Notes: generated from the letters alone by a model not told the origin. DNA of 52,001 bases from Chloroflexota bacterium (GCA_026389555.1 JAPLHQ010000018.1:1-52001); one strand, 5' to 3'. Shown: positions 30,766-40,116, counted from the stretch's first letter. Numbers and translations: made by a program.

Positions 30766-31472
30766 ACGCCGAGGTACGCCTCTTTCACCTTCGGATTCTT
30801 TGCGAGTGCGCTCGCGTCATCTTCAATGGTGATCTCGCCGATCTGCAAGATGTAGCCACGATGCGCAATGCCGAGCGCCATCATGGCGTTCTGCTCCACC
30901 AGCAGCACGGCGGTGCCACGCGAGTTGATCTCTTTGATGATGTCAAAGATCTGCTCCACCAAGATTGGCGCAAGGCCCATTGACGGCTCATCGAGCAACA
31001 GGACTTTTGGTTGCGCCATCAGTGCGCGACCGATCGCAAGCATCTGCTGCTCGCCGCCAGACATCGTCCCAGCCGCCTGGAACTCGCGCTCCTTTAAGCG
31101 CGGGAAGAGGTCAAAGACCTTCTTGAAATCTGCCTGCACCTCTGGGCCTGACTTGCGCAGGAAGGCGCCCATCTCCAGGTTCTCGCGAACGGACATGCGG
31201 GCGAAGACGCGTCGCCCTTCAGGTGCGTGGCTGATGCCGAGCCGCACGATCTCGTGTGGCTTCGCCTGATGAATCGGGGTCCCGCCGAGCGTGATGCTGC
31301 CCGAACGAGCGTGCTCAAGTCCAGAGATCGTCCGCAGCGTGGTGGTCTTACCGGCGCCGTTAGAGCCGATCAGTGTGACGATCTCTCCCTCATTGACGTT
31401 GAGCGAGATGCCACGCAGGGCGTGGACTGCCCCGTAATACGTATTGACGTCTTTTAGTTCAAGCAGAGCCAT
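30762..31472 (-). CDS. livF: branched-chain amino acid ABC transporter ATP-binding protein LivF
   Basis: GSNGAGKTTTL, MSGGEQQMLAIGRAL, LLLDEPSMGLAP and a KEAYLG tail. Confidence 0.9.
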   Translation of the reverse strand: MALLELKDVNTYYGAVHALRGISLNVNEGEIVTLIGSNGAGKTTTLRTISGLEHARSGSITLGGTPIHQAKPHEIVRLGISHAPEGRRVFARMSVRENLEMGAFLRKSGPEVQADFKKVFDLFPRLKEREFQAAGTMSGGEQQMLAIGRALMAQPKVLLLDEPSMGLAPILVEQIFDIIKEINSRGTAVLLVEQNAMMALGIAHRGYILQIGEITIEDDASALAKNPKVKEAYLGV

Positions 31473-31484
31473 CTCGCGCTCCTC

Positions 31485-32495
31485 TCAGTGACCACTCGCG
31501 GCGCCGCGGCCAAGGTAGGCCTCGATCACACGCGGATTGCTGCGAATCTCTGCAGGGAGCCCCTCGGCAATCTTCTCGCCGTGATCGAGCACGGTGATTC
31601 GATCCGAGATCCCCATCACGACGCGCATGTCGTGTTCGATCAAAAGAATCGTTGTGCCAAGCTCATCGCGGATCCTTCGAATCAGCGCGGTCATCTCTTC
31701 GGTCTCCTTCGGGTTCATGCCGGCGGCCGGCTCGTCGAGGAGGAGGAGCTTCGGCTTTCCGCCAAGGGCTCGGGCGATCTCAAGGAGTCGCTGCTGGCCG
31801 TACGGGAGCGCCTTAGCGAGCTGGTTCTCCATGCCGCCAAGGCCAACGAAACGGAGCAGCTCACGCGCCTCATCCTCTGCGCGCTGCTCCTGCTCCGCAA
31901 CCTTTCGCGTCCGGAAGAGTGAACCGACAAAGCTCGCATGGATATGGACGTGCATGCCAACAAGGATGTTCTCCAGCACGGTGAGCGACTTATAGAGGCG
32001 AATGTTCTGGAAGGTCCGTGCAAGTCCCGCCTCCACCATGTCGTTCGGGCGAGCTGGGCGCGAGATGCCGAGCCGAGCAACCAGACGCACGTACCAGGCG
32101 GGGCGAATGATGCTCAGCAAGAGTGCGCCCACAAAGCCGAGGAGGGCCAAGACGACCGATGCCACGCCAGGGTAGAAGCCAGCATCGCCGCCAACTGCGT
32201 AGAGGAAATAGGTGGCGAGGAGGGCGAACGGCGCAATCGCCGCCACGAGAACAAACGACTCGCGCCCTTCACCACGGGGCGGCTTCACCAGGGTGACGCC
32301 ATCAAGTTCGATCTCTCCCTCAGATGGCGCGTAGATCCCGGCGATCACGTTGAAGAAGGTGGTCTTCCCGGCGCCGTTCGGCCCGATGATCGCCGCGATC
32401 ATCCCCTTCGGGATCTCAAAGTCAACGGCGTTCACTGCAACGAGTCCACCGAAGCGTCGAGTAATTGCGCGGGCGCGGAGCATCGGCGCGCTCAC
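31485..32495 (-). CDS. livG: branched-chain amino acid ABC transporter ATP-binding protein LivG with ~78-aa internal hydrophobic insertion
   Basis: GPNGAGKTTFFN, RTFQNIRLY, LPYGQQRLLEIARAL, LLLDEPAAGMNP and IEAYLG. The insertion lies between the Walker A region and the Q-loop. Confidence 0.87.
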   Translation of the reverse strand: MSAPMLRARAITRRFGGLVAVNAVDFEIPKGMIAAIIGPNGAGKTTFFNVIAGIYAPSEGEIELDGVTLVKPPRGEGRESFVLVAAIAPFALLATYFLYAVGGDAGFYPGVASVVLALLGFVGALLLSIIRPAWYVRLVARLGISRPARPNDMVEAGLARTFQNIRLYKSLTVLENILVGMHVHIHASFVGSLFRTRKVAEQEQRAEDEARELLRFVGLGGMENQLAKALPYGQQRLLEIARALGGKPKLLLLDEPAAGMNPKETEEMTALIRRIRDELGTTILLIEHDMRVVMGISDRITVLDHGEKIAEGLPAEIRSNPRVIEAYLGRGAASGH

Positions 32496-33607
32496 TTCGC
32501 CGTCTCCTTGGAATCAGCAAAGGTGCGCATGCGACGTCGCGCCGGGTAGATCCCCTGTGGCCGCTTCAGCATCATGATTACCAAGACCACGCCGTAGAGG
32601 ACGTATTGGAACTGCAGGAAGTCGATGTCGCCCAAGATTGGAATCCCGAGCTGAGAGACCAAGATGTTCAACTGCTTCAAGAAGATGCTCTGAATCAGGT
32701 AGATCACAAAGGCACCGGCGCCAACGCCAACAACGTTTCCCATACCACCAAGCACCACAGCGGAGAGGGTGCTCACGGAGACAACAAAGCCGAACTGCCC
32801 TGGGGAGACGATCGTCAGCTTTGCGGCATTGAAGACACCGGCAAATCCAGCGATCGCAGCGCCGACGGCAAACGCCTGCAGCTTCGAGATGACCGTGTTG
32901 ATGCCGGAAGACTCGGCCGCAAGTTCATCCTCGCGGATCGCCTCCCATGCGCGACCAATCTTTGAATCCTCAAGCCGGAAGACGGCGACCGTCACCAGCA
33001 TGAGCATGAGCATGATCAAGACATAGAAGGGCCACGGGTTGATCAGCGTGAACTCAACAATGCCTGGAATCTGTGGCTTGTCGATTCCGCCGATGCCGAT
33101 CGTTCCGGCGGTGAACTTATCTGCGTTCAGCAAGGTAATGGGGACGATCTCACCGAAGCCAAGCGTCACGATCGCTAAGTAGTCGCCGCGGAGGCGCAGG
33201 GTCGGCGCCCCAAGCAGGATGCCGAAGATCGCGCCGATGATGGCGCCGAAGATCAGCATCGGCCAGAACGGGATGTGGATGCCAAAGAAGGGTGACGCAA
33301 CGATTGCGTAGGTGTATCCGCCGAGCGCAAAGAAGGCGGCGTAGCCAAGGTCAAGGAGGCCAGCAAAGCCAATCACCACATTGAGGCCGATCGCAAGGAT
33401 CGCGTAGATTGCTGCGATCGTGAAGGCGTTTGTCCAGGCGTTAATTGACTGGAGCTGACCGAACGGCGGAACCCGGCTGAGCAACGGGAGCGCGATGCCG
33501 ATCACGAGGATGGCGAAGATCACCCCCTGAGTGCGATGCGCGCCGAAGTGGCGGCGCATGCGGGCACGCAGCGCGGCAAGCGGCGCAGGAAGTTTCAGTC
33601 GGCTCAT
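32492..33607 (-). CDS. livM: branched-chain amino acid ABC transporter permease LivM
   Basis: 371 aa and polytopic. GYAGLLDLGYAAFF-type motif (GFAGLLDLGYAAFFALGGY). 4-nt overlaps on both sides. Confidence 0.87.
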   Translation of the reverse strand: MSRLKLPAPLAALRARMRRHFGAHRTQGVIFAILVIGIALPLLSRVPPFGQLQSINAWTNAFTIAAIYAILAIGLNVVIGFAGLLDLGYAAFFALGGYTYAIVASPFFGIHIPFWPMLIFGAIIGAIFGILLGAPTLRLRGDYLAIVTLGFGEIVPITLLNADKFTAGTIGIGGIDKPQIPGIVEFTLINPWPFYVLIMLMLMLVTVAVFRLEDSKIGRAWEAIREDELAAESSGINTVISKLQAFAVGAAIAGFAGVFNAAKLTIVSPGQFGFVVSVSTLSAVVLGGMGNVVGVGAGAFVIYLIQSIFLKQLNILVSQLGIPILGDIDFLQFQYVLYGVVLVIMMLKRPQGIYPARRRMRTFADSKETAK

Positions 33608-34620
33608 GCGCGGTCACCCGTATGCGAGCCGAGGAGGCCCGTTGGGCGGAAGACGAGGAAGATCACGAGGAGGGAGAAGACCACCGCACCACCCCAACGC
33701 GAGAAGCCGAGCACCACGGCGCCAACCTCAACGAAGGCGATGATGAAGCCGCCGAGCGCGGCGCCAGCCGTGTTCCCAATGCCACCGAGCACCGCGGCGG
33801 TGAACGCCTTTAGGCCCGACTGGAAGCCGACCTGGAAGTTGGTGTTGCCGTAGTAGAGCCCATGGATCACGCCGGCTGCGCCGGCGAGCCCGGAGCCGAT
33901 CAGGAAGGTGATCATGATCGTGCGGTCAATGTTCACGCCCATCAGTGACGAGGCGTCGCGGTCCATTGACGTTGTCCGCATCGCCTTTCCGGTGCGAGTG
34001 CGCGAGATGAAGAGCTGGAGCAGCGCCATCAAGCTGACAGCTACCGTGATCACAAAGATATTGAGGAATGGGACGCGAGTCTCCCCAACCATGACGGCCC
34101 AGTCAACCGGGAAGAGCTGTGGGACGTTGTACGTGTACGGCCCAACCAGGTACTGAATGATGTTCTGCAGGATGAAGCTCACGCCGATCGCCGTAATGAG
34201 CGGGGCGAGTTTTGGCGCCCGTCGTAACGGTCGATACGCAAAGCGTTCAATCACTGCGCCGATGATCGCCATGATGGAGATGGTCACGGCGAAGACGATG
34301 ACGAGGGAGAGGATGAGTTGTGGGATGCCATAGATCCCCTCTTTCTGGTTCAGGATGGTGCCGCTAACGAACATCGTCACGAAGGTGGCGACCATGAAGA
34401 CGTCGCCGTGCGCGAAGTTGATCAGCTCAATGATGCCGTAGACCATGGTGTAGCCAAGGGCGACCAGCGCGTAGACAGCGCCGAGCGTCAGGGCGTTCAG
34501 GAACTGGGTGAAGCCCATCCAGACGAACATGGCCGCCAGGAAGGCGAGAATGATCACTGGGAGCGCGAGGGCGCTGCGCGGCTTCTCCGTTCGGACGGTG
34601 CTGACCGTACCTGCTGCCAT
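33604..34620 (-). CDS. livH: branched-chain amino acid ABC transporter permease LivH
   Basis: YALVALGYTMVYGIIELINFAHGD is the LivH signature. Confidence 0.87.
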   Translation of the reverse strand: MAAGTVSTVRTEKPRSALALPVIILAFLAAMFVWMGFTQFLNALTLGAVYALVALGYTMVYGIIELINFAHGDVFMVATFVTMFVSGTILNQKEGIYGIPQLILSLVIVFAVTISIMAIIGAVIERFAYRPLRRAPKLAPLITAIGVSFILQNIIQYLVGPYTYNVPQLFPVDWAVMVGETRVPFLNIFVITVAVSLMALLQLFISRTRTGKAMRTTSMDRDASSLMGVNIDRTIMITFLIGSGLAGAAGVIHGLYYGNTNFQVGFQSGLKAFTAAVLGGIGNTAGAALGGFIIAFVEVGAVVLGFSRWGGAVVFSLLVIFLVFRPTGLLGSHTGDRA

Positions 34621-34740
34621 TCGCCCTCCTTATGAACCTGCTCATCTTCGGAACAGTTTTGCCATTGTGCCGCCCTCGTGGTGCGCTGGCAAGACTGGGG
34701 GAAACCCCTCGTCGCCCCCCTCGTGAAGGGGTGAAAGAGA

Positions 34741-34770
34741 AGTCCCGCAGCCCAGATGGGCTGCGGGACT
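34741..34770 (-). terminator. 13-bp perfect hairpin between livJ and livH (attenuator or mRNA-stabilising stem-loop)
   Basis: AGTCCCGCAGCCC-AGAT-GGGCTGCGGGACT. On the minus strand it is followed by TCTCTTTC. It lies 49 nt downstream of the livJ stop. Confidence 0.5.
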
Positions 34771-34818
34771 CCCGTACGAAACCTTCGCTCTCTGAAGCGG
34801 GGTTACCCCCGCATCAGA

Positions 34819-36015
34819 TCACTGGGCTGCGTAATCGATCTGCGCGTCGAAGACCCAGTCGCCATTCTCCACCTTGTAGAGGGAGATGATCTTCTGAGTC
34901 GTGTCGCCGTTCTCGTCGAAGCCAACTGGCCCAAGAACGGTGTCGTACGTAGCGCCAGCCATAACGGCTGCGGCACGCACGGTCTCACGAGTGACCTCGC
35001 CGCCAGCGATGGCAGCCTTGATCGCCTCGATGATGATCTGTGCGCAAGCGTAGCCAGAAGCCGAGTATGAACCCGGATCCTCGCCGAACTTGGCCTTGTA
35101 CTTCGCTGCGAAATCAGCAGCAGCAGGAATGTCGTGGATCGCTGCAACTGAGCTGTAGGAGTCCGCCGAAGCGTCGCCCGCAACTGCAATGTAGGAACCA
35201 TCGCCATTACCGTCCTGGATGCCGTCGCCGCCATAGTACGGAACGTTCAGGCCGGCCTGGATCATGGCCTTGCGGACAAGACCAGCACCGGATGACGTTA
35301 CGCCACCATAGAAGAACGAATCAGGATTGGTTGCAGCAGCCTTGGCAACGATTGCGGAGAAGTCGGTCACCGTCTTGTCAGCCGCTTCGCGACCAACAAC
35401 GGTTCCGCCGAGCTCAACGAACTTCGCTGCGAATGCGTCAGCAATACCCTTACCGTAAACCTCCGTGTCGTCAACGATGAAGACTGACTTCTTGCCCTGC
35501 GAGAAGGCGTATGCCGCCACCGCTGGACCCTGAATGTCGTCTGTCGTTGCAACGCGGATGTAGTTCACTGGTCGGCCTGCGCGGAGCGCAGCACCAGCGT
35601 CACCCTTGGTGAGGTCCGGGTTGGTGTTCGACGGCGAGCACTGAAGAAGTCCTGCCTCAGACGAGACTGGAATCTGTGCCTTGGCTGAACCCGAGTTGAA
35701 TGGGCCAACAACGGCCACAACCGTCTCGTCGCCAACAAGCGTCGTCATGTCCGCGGCAGCCTGTGCCGGGTCGTGCGCGCCGTTTACAGCGTGGTCAAGC
35801 ACCTTGACGGCGAGCGTGTAGCCGTCAATCGTTGCCTCGCTGACGGCAAGCTCTGCGCCGTTCTGGGCTGGGCCGGCCGATGCCAACGCCGAGCCTGAAA
35901 GCGGAAGGCTGATTCCGATGGTCAGCGTCTTGCCGCCCGTCGAACCGCCGCATGCAGCTGCGAGAATCGCAACCGCTGCAAGGGCTGCGAAGCCCTTCTT
36001 GTTAAAGACCTTCAT
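34819..36015 (-). CDS. livJ: branched-chain amino acid ABC transporter substrate-binding protein
   Basis: Signal peptide with Cys (AAVAILAAACGG). Type-I periplasmic binding fold blocks: VVAVVGPFNSGSA and VFIVDD. AAGGAGG Shine-Dalgarno motif. Confidence 0.85.
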   Translation of the reverse strand: MKVFNKKGFAALAAVAILAAACGGSTGGKTLTIGISLPLSGSALASAGPAQNGAELAVSEATIDGYTLAVKVLDHAVNGAHDPAQAAADMTTLVGDETVVAVVGPFNSGSAKAQIPVSSEAGLLQCSPSNTNPDLTKGDAGAALRAGRPVNYIRVATTDDIQGPAVAAYAFSQGKKSVFIVDDTEVYGKGIADAFAAKFVELGGTVVGREAADKTVTDFSAIVAKAAATNPDSFFYGGVTSSGAGLVRKAMIQAGLNVPYYGGDGIQDGNGDGSYIAVAGDASADSYSSVAAIHDIPAAADFAAKYKAKFGEDPGSYSASGYACAQIIIEAIKAAIAGGEVTRETVRAAAVMAGATYDTVLGPVGFDENGDTTQKIISLYKVENGDWVFDAQIDYAAQ

Positions 36016-36263
36016 GAGGTCCTCCTTCTACTATTCCACGTCGGATCCGACGCGGGCTCGTGGCTGATTCGGACTACGTACTCACGTGCGGTTTGGCTTG
36101 CGCCATCCTCAAGTGCGGCTGCGTCCGAGGCAGTCGAGGATCGTCATCATGAACGAGGGAGCGCAAGTGCGCAACCTTTTTCTGGTAAATGAACGGGGAA
36201 ATCATGCGAAAGGGGGCGTTTATTTAGAAAACGCAACCAAAGATCGCACCGACCTTTACGGGA

Positions 36264-37151
36264 TCAGGGGCGCGAGGCGAAGAGGAGTGCCGCTCCACGT
36301 GGGATCTCTATGGCGGCTGAGCCCTCTGCCACGCGCGCCGATTGCAGCGGCTGCAGTCCGAGGCCAGCAACGTGTCCAGCCGCGCCGCTCACCGCGCCAC
36401 TCGCTGGAGCGCTGCTGATCAGCGTGGCGATAGCACCGTGCGGAAGCTGCATCGGCTCGCTCCACGGACCCACCACCACCGTGACGTTGAAGGCGTCATT
36501 CGTGATGAGCGTTCGTGTTCCGGGAGCCTCCCAGTCAAGGCTCGTTAGGCGCTGCGCGATTGCGGCAGTGTTGACGGCGCGAAGTGCTTCGGCCTGATGA
36601 AGTGGTCGCTCGCTGCTGCTGCGGCCCCAGTCGCTCACTCGATATGTTCGGTCCGAAGGTTGCTGCACCTCCCAGACAAGCAGCCCGGGCATCAGTGCAT
36701 GCAGCGTCCCTGGCGGAACGTCGAGCACGTCGCCCGCCGTGACCGGAATCTTTGCAAGGAGCGGAGCAACGTCGCTACCAAACTCAAGCGCGTGCTGAAG
36801 TTGCTCAGCACTCACCGCTGGATCGCGGCCAAGGAGAAGATGTGCACCTGGCGCCGCGTCAAGGATCACCCACGCCTCACGCTTTCCAATCGATCCTGCG
36901 CCGTGCAGTTCTGCGGCGAGGGCGTCAGTCGGATGCACCTGTACCGAAAGGCGATCGGCAACGTCAAGCAGCTTCACCAGTGGTTGGTTCTTCGAGCCGA
37001 TCTCGCCGAACCAGGCCTCGCCAATCGGCGGCGTAGCGGCGGCTGAGCCTCCGAGTGCGGTGAGCCGCTCGCCGCCCCAGACGCGCGACACAAGGCGCGG
37101 TGGAGCGAGGCTCGCCTGCGCGCTATTTGGCGTTTGATCGTCGTTTCTCAT
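36264..37151 (-). CDS. class I mannose-6-phosphate isomerase-like cupin protein
   Basis: RVWGGERL, GEAWF, LVKLLDVADRLSVQVHP, and KREAWVILDA with a downstream PPGTLHAL block, matching the type I PMI metal-binding pattern. Confidence 0.65.
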   Translation of the reverse strand: MRNDDQTPNSAQASLAPPRLVSRVWGGERLTALGGSAAATPPIGEAWFGEIGSKNQPLVKLLDVADRLSVQVHPTDALAAELHGAGSIGKREAWVILDAAPGAHLLLGRDPAVSAEQLQHALEFGSDVAPLLAKIPVTAGDVLDVPPGTLHALMPGLLVWEVQQPSDRTYRVSDWGRSSSERPLHQAEALRAVNTAAIAQRLTSLDWEAPGTRTLITNDAFNVTVVVGPWSEPMQLPHGAIATLISSAPASGAVSGAAGHVAGLGLQPLQSARVAEGSAAIEIPRGAALLFASRP

Positions 37152-37399
37152 CTGCCTATTGTGCGTCGTGGCGACTCATCGCGGCGAACCACCTTCTGCC
37201 GCGAGGTTGTGCCACGCACGATCATAAGGCGACTCTTCGGCAGGTCCCAGTGCTCGGCGAGCTGTTCAAGGAGCGCCGCGTTCGCTGCGCCGTCCACGGG
37301 CTTAGCGCGTAGGTGCACGACCAGGCTTCCATCTGCTGCGGTCTCAATGCGGTCACCGCTGCGACTCCCTGGCTTCACCGTGACGCGGATGTCAGCCAT
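37148..37399 (-). CDS. DUF167 (YggU) family protein
   Basis: 83 aa. VKPGSR...LRAKPVDGAANAALLEQLA...IVRGTTSRQK is the YggU signature. Confidence 0.75.
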   Translation of the reverse strand: MADIRVTVKPGSRSGDRIETAADGSLVVHLRAKPVDGAANAALLEQLAEHWDLPKSRLMIVRGTTSRQKVVRRDESPRRTIGR

Positions 37400-37411
37400 G
37401 CAACGTAGATG

Positions 37412-38638
37412 TCAGCGCAGCAGCGCTGCGACCGCCTTGGCAACAATTGGGATCTTGACGGCGGAGAGGCCGGCGAAGTTGATGCGGCCACGCGCCACAA
37501 GGTAGATCGCCTGCTCATCGCGTAGTCGCTTCAGCTGCGCATCATCAAGTCCGAGCAGTGAGAACATGCCGCGTCCAGTGAGTAAATGCGAGTAGTCGCC
37601 AGCACCTTCGCTGGCGAGTGCGGCAACAAAGGCGCGGCGGTTCCCGTTGATGCGTTCACGCATCGCCGTCACCTCTCCCTCCCACTGCCCGCGAAGCGCG
37701 TCATCAGCAAGGATCTCTGCAACGATCTCGCCGCCATGACCAGGTGGGTTGGACCAAGCGGCGCGAATCGCCACCTTTGCATGGGTAAGGATTGCGGCGG
37801 CCGCCTCCTTATCTTCGGCAACAATCGCGAGCGCGCCGACGCGCTCGTCATAGAGCGCGAAGTTCTTGCTTGCACTTGCGGCAACAAGGACCTCGCAGCC
37901 GGTCGCCAAGAAGGCACGCAGCGATGCAGCGTCTTCAACAAGACCGTCGCCGAGGCCTTGATATGCAAAGTCGAGAATTGGCAAGATGCCGCGCGCTGCA
38001 ACGGCGTCGGCGATTGCGCGCCACTCCGCTGCAGTTGGATCAATTCCGGTTGGGTTGTGGCAGGCACCGTGGAAGATGAACGCGTCGCCTGGCTTCGCCG
38101 CGGCGATCGATTGCAGCACGGCGTCCAGGTCGAGCGAGCGAACATCGGCGGTGGTCCATGGATGCGAGCGATGCGGTACACCAACCGCGTCAGCAATCTG
38201 TGGATGATTTGGCCAGGTTGGATCGCTCACCCAGATCTCAGCCTGTGGTCGCAGACGCTTCACCAACTCCACCGCGAGTCGCACCGCTCCCGTGCCGCCT
38301 GGTGTGTGCAGCACCTCAATGCGACCCTCGTTCGCGATCGCAGGGAGTGCGCCGAACGGTGCACCAGGCTCGCGGAAGATGAGGGCGCGCAGCAGCTTTA
38401 CGAGAGCGGGGTCGCCGCCGATCGGCTTGTAAAGCTTGGTTGTGGCGTTCGCGAGGAGGCGTCGCTCCGCCTCACGGACGCTGGCGAGGATCGGCGTGAC
38501 GCCATCCTCCTCCATATAGACGCCAGCGGCGAGGTTGATCTTCTCTGGACGTGGATCGGCGCGGAAGGCCTCCACGATCCCAAAGATGGGATCGGAGGGG
38601 GCGCTGCTGATCTTCGCGGAGAGGCTGCCATTTGACAT
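37412..38638 (-). CDS. aspC: aspartate/aromatic amino acid aminotransferase (AspC/TyrB class)
   Basis: Collinear with E. coli AspC: DPIFGIVEAFRAD, INLAAGVY, FHGACHNPTGIDPT, LDFAYQG, SASKNFALYDERVG, SNPP and GMFS. Confidence 0.9.
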   Translation of the reverse strand: MSNGSLSAKISSAPSDPIFGIVEAFRADPRPEKINLAAGVYMEEDGVTPILASVREAERRLLANATTKLYKPIGGDPALVKLLRALIFREPGAPFGALPAIANEGRIEVLHTPGGTGAVRLAVELVKRLRPQAEIWVSDPTWPNHPQIADAVGVPHRSHPWTTADVRSLDLDAVLQSIAAAKPGDAFIFHGACHNPTGIDPTAAEWRAIADAVAARGILPILDFAYQGLGDGLVEDAASLRAFLATGCEVLVAASASKNFALYDERVGALAIVAEDKEAAAAILTHAKVAIRAAWSNPPGHGGEIVAEILADDALRGQWEGEVTAMRERINGNRRAFVAALASEGAGDYSHLLTGRGMFSLLGLDDAQLKRLRDEQAIYLVARGRINFAGLSAVKIPIVAKAVAALLR

Positions 38639-38708
38639 GCGGAGAGTCTAGCCGAGGCTCCCCGGCGCCCCACCTCACGAATTCGCGCAGAGGCGTACGA
38701 TCGCGCTG

Positions 38709-38981
38709 ATGAACTTCTTCGACCTCGACCCGATCGGCTGGGCACTCGTCGGCTTCCTGGCCGGTGGCCTCTCTTCTTGGCTCGTTCGTGGACGCGCGGC
38801 ACGCGGCTGCCTGCCAAACATCTTGGTCGGCATCCTCGGCGGGCTGATCGGCGGGACGCTGGCGAAGGGTGCCGGCGTTGGTGACGCCGGCGGCTTCCTT
38901 GGGTCAATCTTTGTGGCGCTGCTCGGTTCGGTGCTGCTGCGACTTGCCATTGAGTTTGTTGATCGCAGACCGCAGCGATGA
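38709..38981 (+). CDS. GlsB/YeaQ/YmgE family small membrane protein
   Basis: 90 aa. Gly-rich TM helices: GWALVGFLAGGLSSWLV and NILVGILGGLIGG. Confidence 0.7.
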   Translation: MNFFDLDPIGWALVGFLAGGLSSWLVRGRAARGCLPNILVGILGGLIGGTLAKGAGVGDAGGFLGSIFVALLGSVLLRLAIEFVDRRPQR

Positions 38982-38991
38982 ATTGCAGCCG

Positions 38992-40086
38992 ATGAGCGAC
39001 GAGAAGGTCTTTAGCCCAGGTCTCGCCGGCGTCATTGGCGCGGAGACAGCGGTGAGCCTTGTTGATGGCGCGAACGGGAAGCTGCTCTATCGCGGCTATC
39101 CGATTGAAGAGGTTGTCTCTAAGGGGAGCTACGCCAGTGTTCTCGACCTGCTCCTTACTGGCGAGTGGCATCCAGACGCCGAACTGACTCCAGCGAAGGT
39201 GCCGCCCGCCGTGATGGCGGCGCTGCGACTCCTCCCCGCACACGCACATCCGATGGACGCGCTGCGCACCGCAATCTCCGTCTGGGGTGCGGGCGAGCGT
39301 CTCGGCTGGCCGCCGACCGCCGAAGAGGCGAAGAAGATCGCCGCAATTGCACCGTCAGCGCTCGCCGCCTTTGCGCGACTTCGACAGGGTCTTGAGCCGA
39401 TTGATCCAGAGCCAGGCCTTGGTATTGCCGCCGCCTTCTTGCAGCAACTTCACGGCAAAGCTCCAGACCCTGGCACCGCGCGTGCACTCGACGCCTATCT
39501 GATGGCGGGCGCTGAACACAGCCTCAATGCGAGCACCTTCGCCGCGCGCGTCATCATCGCCACGCGATCAGATATCGCATCAGCGATCTGCGGCGCGATC
39601 GGCGCACTGAAGGGCCCGCTGCACGGCGGCGCACCAGCAGAGGTGATCGGCCAGCTCGGCGAAATCGGCTCCATTGATCGCGCCGAAGACTGGGCGCGTG
39701 GCAAGTTGGCGCGACGTGAACTGATCATGGGCTTCGGACACCGCGTCTATCGCGCATACGACCCTCGGGCCGCCGCACTGCGCAAGGTTGCAGAAGCGAT
39801 GCCAGAGCGACCAGAGTGGCTCGACCTTGCGATTGGCGCCGAAGAGGCAATCCTTCGCGTCTTTGAAGAGATGAAGCCCGGTCGCGCAATGAAGACAAAT
39901 GTTGAGTTCTACGCTGCGGCAGTGCTCCAGGGTGTTGGGCTTGCGCCAGATCTCTTCCCCGCAACATTCGGCATCGCGCGCATCGCCGGCTGGTCGGCAC
40001 ATGCAATCGAACAGGCTGGCGTTGACAAGATCATTCGACCAGATGCGAAGTACGTTGGCCCAGCGGAGCGACACCTCCCAAGCTGA
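38992..40086 (+). CDS. gltA: citrate synthase (short ~365-aa type)
   Basis: SPGLAGV, LLYRGYPIEE, GPLHGGA and GFGHRVY motifs. ATG at 38992. ORF-track start 38869 overlaps the preceding gene. Confidence 0.9.
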   Translation: MSDEKVFSPGLAGVIGAETAVSLVDGANGKLLYRGYPIEEVVSKGSYASVLDLLLTGEWHPDAELTPAKVPPAVMAALRLLPAHAHPMDALRTAISVWGAGERLGWPPTAEEAKKIAAIAPSALAAFARLRQGLEPIDPEPGLGIAAAFLQQLHGKAPDPGTARALDAYLMAGAEHSLNASTFAARVIIATRSDIASAICGAIGALKGPLHGGAPAEVIGQLGEIGSIDRAEDWARGKLARRELIMGFGHRVYRAYDPRAAALRKVAEAMPERPEWLDLAIGAEEAILRVFEEMKPGRAMKTNVEFYAAAVLQGVGLAPDLFPATFGIARIAGWSAHAIEQAGVDKIIRPDAKYVGPAERHLPS

Positions 40087-40099
40087 GCTTAGTGTTTCC

Positions 40100-40116
40100 C
40101 GCGCCGCGGTGGCGCG
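40100..40116. terminator. short GC hairpin between convergent gltA and DinB-family gene
   Basis: CGCGCC-GCGGT-GGCGCG is a 6-bp stem. On the plus strand it is followed by CTACTTCTCTC. Weak. Confidence 0.25.

Noticed and set aside
36016-36263. T-box or other riboswitch in the livJ leader
   Set aside because: I could not find the conserved T-box sequence or any riboswitch core I recognise. It is kept only as an unexplained structured or AT-rich leader.
37586-38635. 349-aa plus-strand ORF
   Set aside because: It lies entirely antisense to a gene with an unambiguous full-length AspC alignment. The translation is Arg/Cys/Trp-rich with no recognisable motifs. This is a typical shadow ORF of GC-rich DNA.
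38398-39249. 283-aa minus-strand ORF spanning the aspC 5' end, the GlsB-like gene and the citrate synthase start
   Set aside because: It is extremely Arg-rich and crosses an intergenic promoter region and three well-supported genes. Spurious.
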